Below, piece after piece: positions 61,101 to 64,000 of a stretch of DNA of 64,000 bases. Each line of letters starts with the position of its first letter. Position 1 is the stretch's first letter. The translations under genes and the position numbers were made by a program. The DNA is from Anthoceros angustus. Its lineage: Eukaryota; Plantae; Anthocerotophyta. The notes beneath the pieces are model-generated. The model saw nothing but the letters and a program-made list of their open reading frames with translations. It was not told the DNA's origin and did not search any database. The stretch lies in NCBI GenBank assembly GCA_010909165.1, contig MU008159.1, forward strand, positions 744,001-808,000, in the 5' to 3' direction.

Positions 61101-64000
61101 CAATATAACCTTTTATCCTAGCCCCAAGTTTGGCTTATGAATTCAGTTTCCTCCTCAATTTCTAACTGCTGCTCATAACAAGCTTTTGCTTCCTCTTCAA
61201 GAGCCCAAATGGAACCTATGCTCATAACAGGAAGTTGAAGTATTAATTAATATATATAATAATATATAGCTAGAAACTTAGGTTACAATAATTAACCTAA
61301 TACTTAGGGCACTTACTATAAGCGTGCCTGGTGTGACCCTCATATTCTTTGCAAGGTTCACATCCAATCCAAACCATGTGCAGCCCAGTTTTTGAGCATA
61401 TATAGGTTTGAGGAACACATGCGTCATCCTCCTCACCGGGACAAACCAAGTTATTCAAGTTTGACAAATTACCAACGGGTAAGGACCTCTTTGGGATGTT
61501 GTAACCTACATATGTAATAGATTTCATAGGAACTGCAACGTTCACAGAAGTAGTCCCTATGCATTTGTCCGCAAGTTTAGGTTGAGCTACCATGCATGAA
61601 AACTGTTCATCTTCAAATCATGGAAAAAGGAAATATCAATCGTAGGGAAAATAGTGATTCACCTATCTCCGGATAAAGTTTCCCCTTTCCTTTCCTATCC
61701 ACCACTGAGGCATCATCCAGTCTGATTGGCTCATCTACAGCCACCACACATACCACAAGCAATTTGTCAGCTCACTATCACCCTATCACATCGATGTCAA
61801 GTCTTTAGACTGCATACTTGTACCTCTAGTAGCACTCTTTCCAGGGGTATGATTTGCAGTCATAGGACCAGCCCTCAAGACACAACTTCGTCAACTTGGG
61901 CTGCCCTCGCAGACAACAGTGGCTTCTTGGATGTTTTTAGGAGCAGTTTTCGGCACTTTCGCAGCAGAATGTTTCTCTTTTTGAAGAACACATGTACATC
62001 ATAGCAACATTATGGTTCCTAACAAGCTATGTGCACGAAGCTATTTTGCTGATTGCTTAAGACATCAAGAGCTACCTTACGTAGACTTCGAGAAATTCTC
62101 GTCAAATGCATCCCAGTTGCTGGTTTCAGTCAAAGATGACAAATTTATAATGTGAACAGGCACACTAGGAGGGAGTTCATCCACTGGAGACCCGTTTTTT
62201 AGGCTATCTGCAATATGTGACAATTTTTTGCCATCAAATTTCCTTCTGCCGGTTGATCTTGCAAATATGAGAGGCTGATCTGGTGTTGGCGTTGGACGTG
62301 CGCGGCTTCTCTCCTTCACAGAGCAGGCGCGCGCTCTCCTTCCATGTCCATGGCAAGAGGACACCCTTTTTCTTTGGCAGAGGACCGGCGCACGGTGGCA
62401 ATCTTCCTTGCCTGTTTGTGGGCGTCTGCAGCATTGGGCCGGCCTCGGACACATGCCACAGCACGCCACCGCATTCCAACGCCGCGCAGATTCATGACCG
62501 CCGCGCAGCGCGACTTTGAGCTTTCCCTTGTGACTTATTTGCTGAGCTATGGCTGCAAGGCGCGCCCATCCTTCTCCTTTTCCGGTATGCGTATGCACAA
62601 GGGCGCCCGACGACGGACTCTAAATGCTGCAGCGAGGGCACCAGGCACTTGTGTGGTGCGAGCGTGGCGCTACCAAGGGCGTGACCTCCGCATCGCCTCC
62701 CTTGAACCTGCGGTGCAGCGCGCGTGGGCAAACCGCCCACGCGCGTCGCGCATTTGTGTCCAGGAAGAGTGAGGGGATGCGGTGGCGACGGCCAGTTTCC
62801 AGCAGATTGCACTGATTCTAACAAAGATGCTCCTATCGCCATCGCCAGATACCTGCAAGCAAGCACCCACCACAAGTTTGATGATGACAGCAAGACGACA
62901 ACTAACCATCAAAACCCATTTTTGGTTTTGAGAATAAAGTCCTATTTTCTAGTTTCATTTTTATTTTCATATTTTATGGCTATTTTCTAATTACAATAAA
63001 TGCCCATTTATCAACAACATAAGTTTGGATTTTCCTTTAGCTCTTTAGCTTGCTAGTTTAGGAAATCCTTAAACCTACTTAGCTTATTTTCCTAGCTTAA
63101 TCTCACCCTCATCTCATAGTGAATGGGAGTGATAAAATATATACCTCTCTAGGGCACTATTCGCCAAGGCACCTTTAAATCCCTAGAATTAATGATTTAT
63201 TAATTCTTAGGGCTGGAAGTAGTTTCTTAGGAAGTTACTTAAGTAGTTAGTTGTTATATCGGTTATATCGGTTGCAACAACCTTTAACCATTTGTACTAT
63301 ATAAATACTTATTCTAGGCAACATAATCAATGCTAAGAATCCTTTGGGCAAGCATGATTCTCATCAGAAACCCGTTGGCAAGGCAGCCCTCAAGGACTTC
63401 GGAGAGATGAATGAGACATTCGTCAAGGTGTCTGCCGGAAGCAATGCCTCTCTTCTTCACAGACTGTCCCTGCCAAACTTTTGTCTGCTTCCAACTTGGA
63501 ACACAAAAGCAATCCCATCAGTTCACGCAATCCTATTTGTCTCATCGGATTCTTCAAGGCATCATGCTATATTAGAAGGTGCATAACTGGTCTAAGCGCT
63601 CTATTCAAGACCCCACCGAAAATAACTTTCCTTTGGAGATCAGTAGGCCCTTCCATGAAAGCAAGCATGGATGTTTTTGTGACAGCAGGTGAGACTTTGC
63701 TCTATACAAAATATCTTCAAAGACACTACAGATCAGAGTGCTCTTGCAAATGTCAACAGTGACTATCGCAAAGCTTAAGTTAAAGCTTAATTTGATCTCA
63801 CATTCTCTAGCAATGATTGAGCAATAATTTACACAATGAAAAGATTTGTAAAAACCATATTGGTTAGATATCACAAGGAGCAAGTACTTACCTTGGAGCT
63901 TAACCAAAATCAAGATGATTTGATTATTAAATTGCTGGACAATGCATAGATTCCTGAGTATTGGAGAGGACAAAGCAACCTCACCTTTTCATCTTGGTTT

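Noticed and set aside
61297-64000. Minus-strand ORF fragments (61297-61593, 62077-62598, 63605-63973)
   Set aside because: Disrupted and not assignable by eye; probably TE debris, and a homology search is needed.

Overview
Eukaryotic land-plant nuclear DNA. Short GT-AG introns, a PLS-type PPR gene and compact GC-rich genes suggest a non-seed plant, but the lineage is inference. The window has three parts. (1) About 1-34 kb is a nest of decayed or error-rich transposons. It includes a full-length minus-strand Athila-like Ty3/gypsy element (13850-26759, ~3.55-kb LTRs that appear to carry their own ORF) inserted into a LINE. It also includes a second gypsy, a (TACA)n-flanked MULE-like element with a higher-order 42-bp array, a copia fragment and a probable contig-join duplication at the single N (28520). 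(2) About 35-55.6 kb is a clean gene island: U2AF35, a DUF3598-like gene, cytosolic GluRS, a PLS-PPR, POP5, a 65-aa complex I B9/NDUFA3 gene absent from the ORF track, a GH81 beta-1,3-glucanase and a secreted Glu/Lys-repeat protein. (3) About 57.7-61.1 kb is a degenerate Ty1/copia, followed by unresolved DNA. The most striking unexplained signal is a dense array of 3'-splice-site-like CAG|G motifs just downstream of U2AF35, the factor that recognises 3' splice-site AGs, together with a GC/GT alternative donor inside the same gene; this may be an autoregulatory splicing circuit. All gene models were spliced by eye and no database searches were run.
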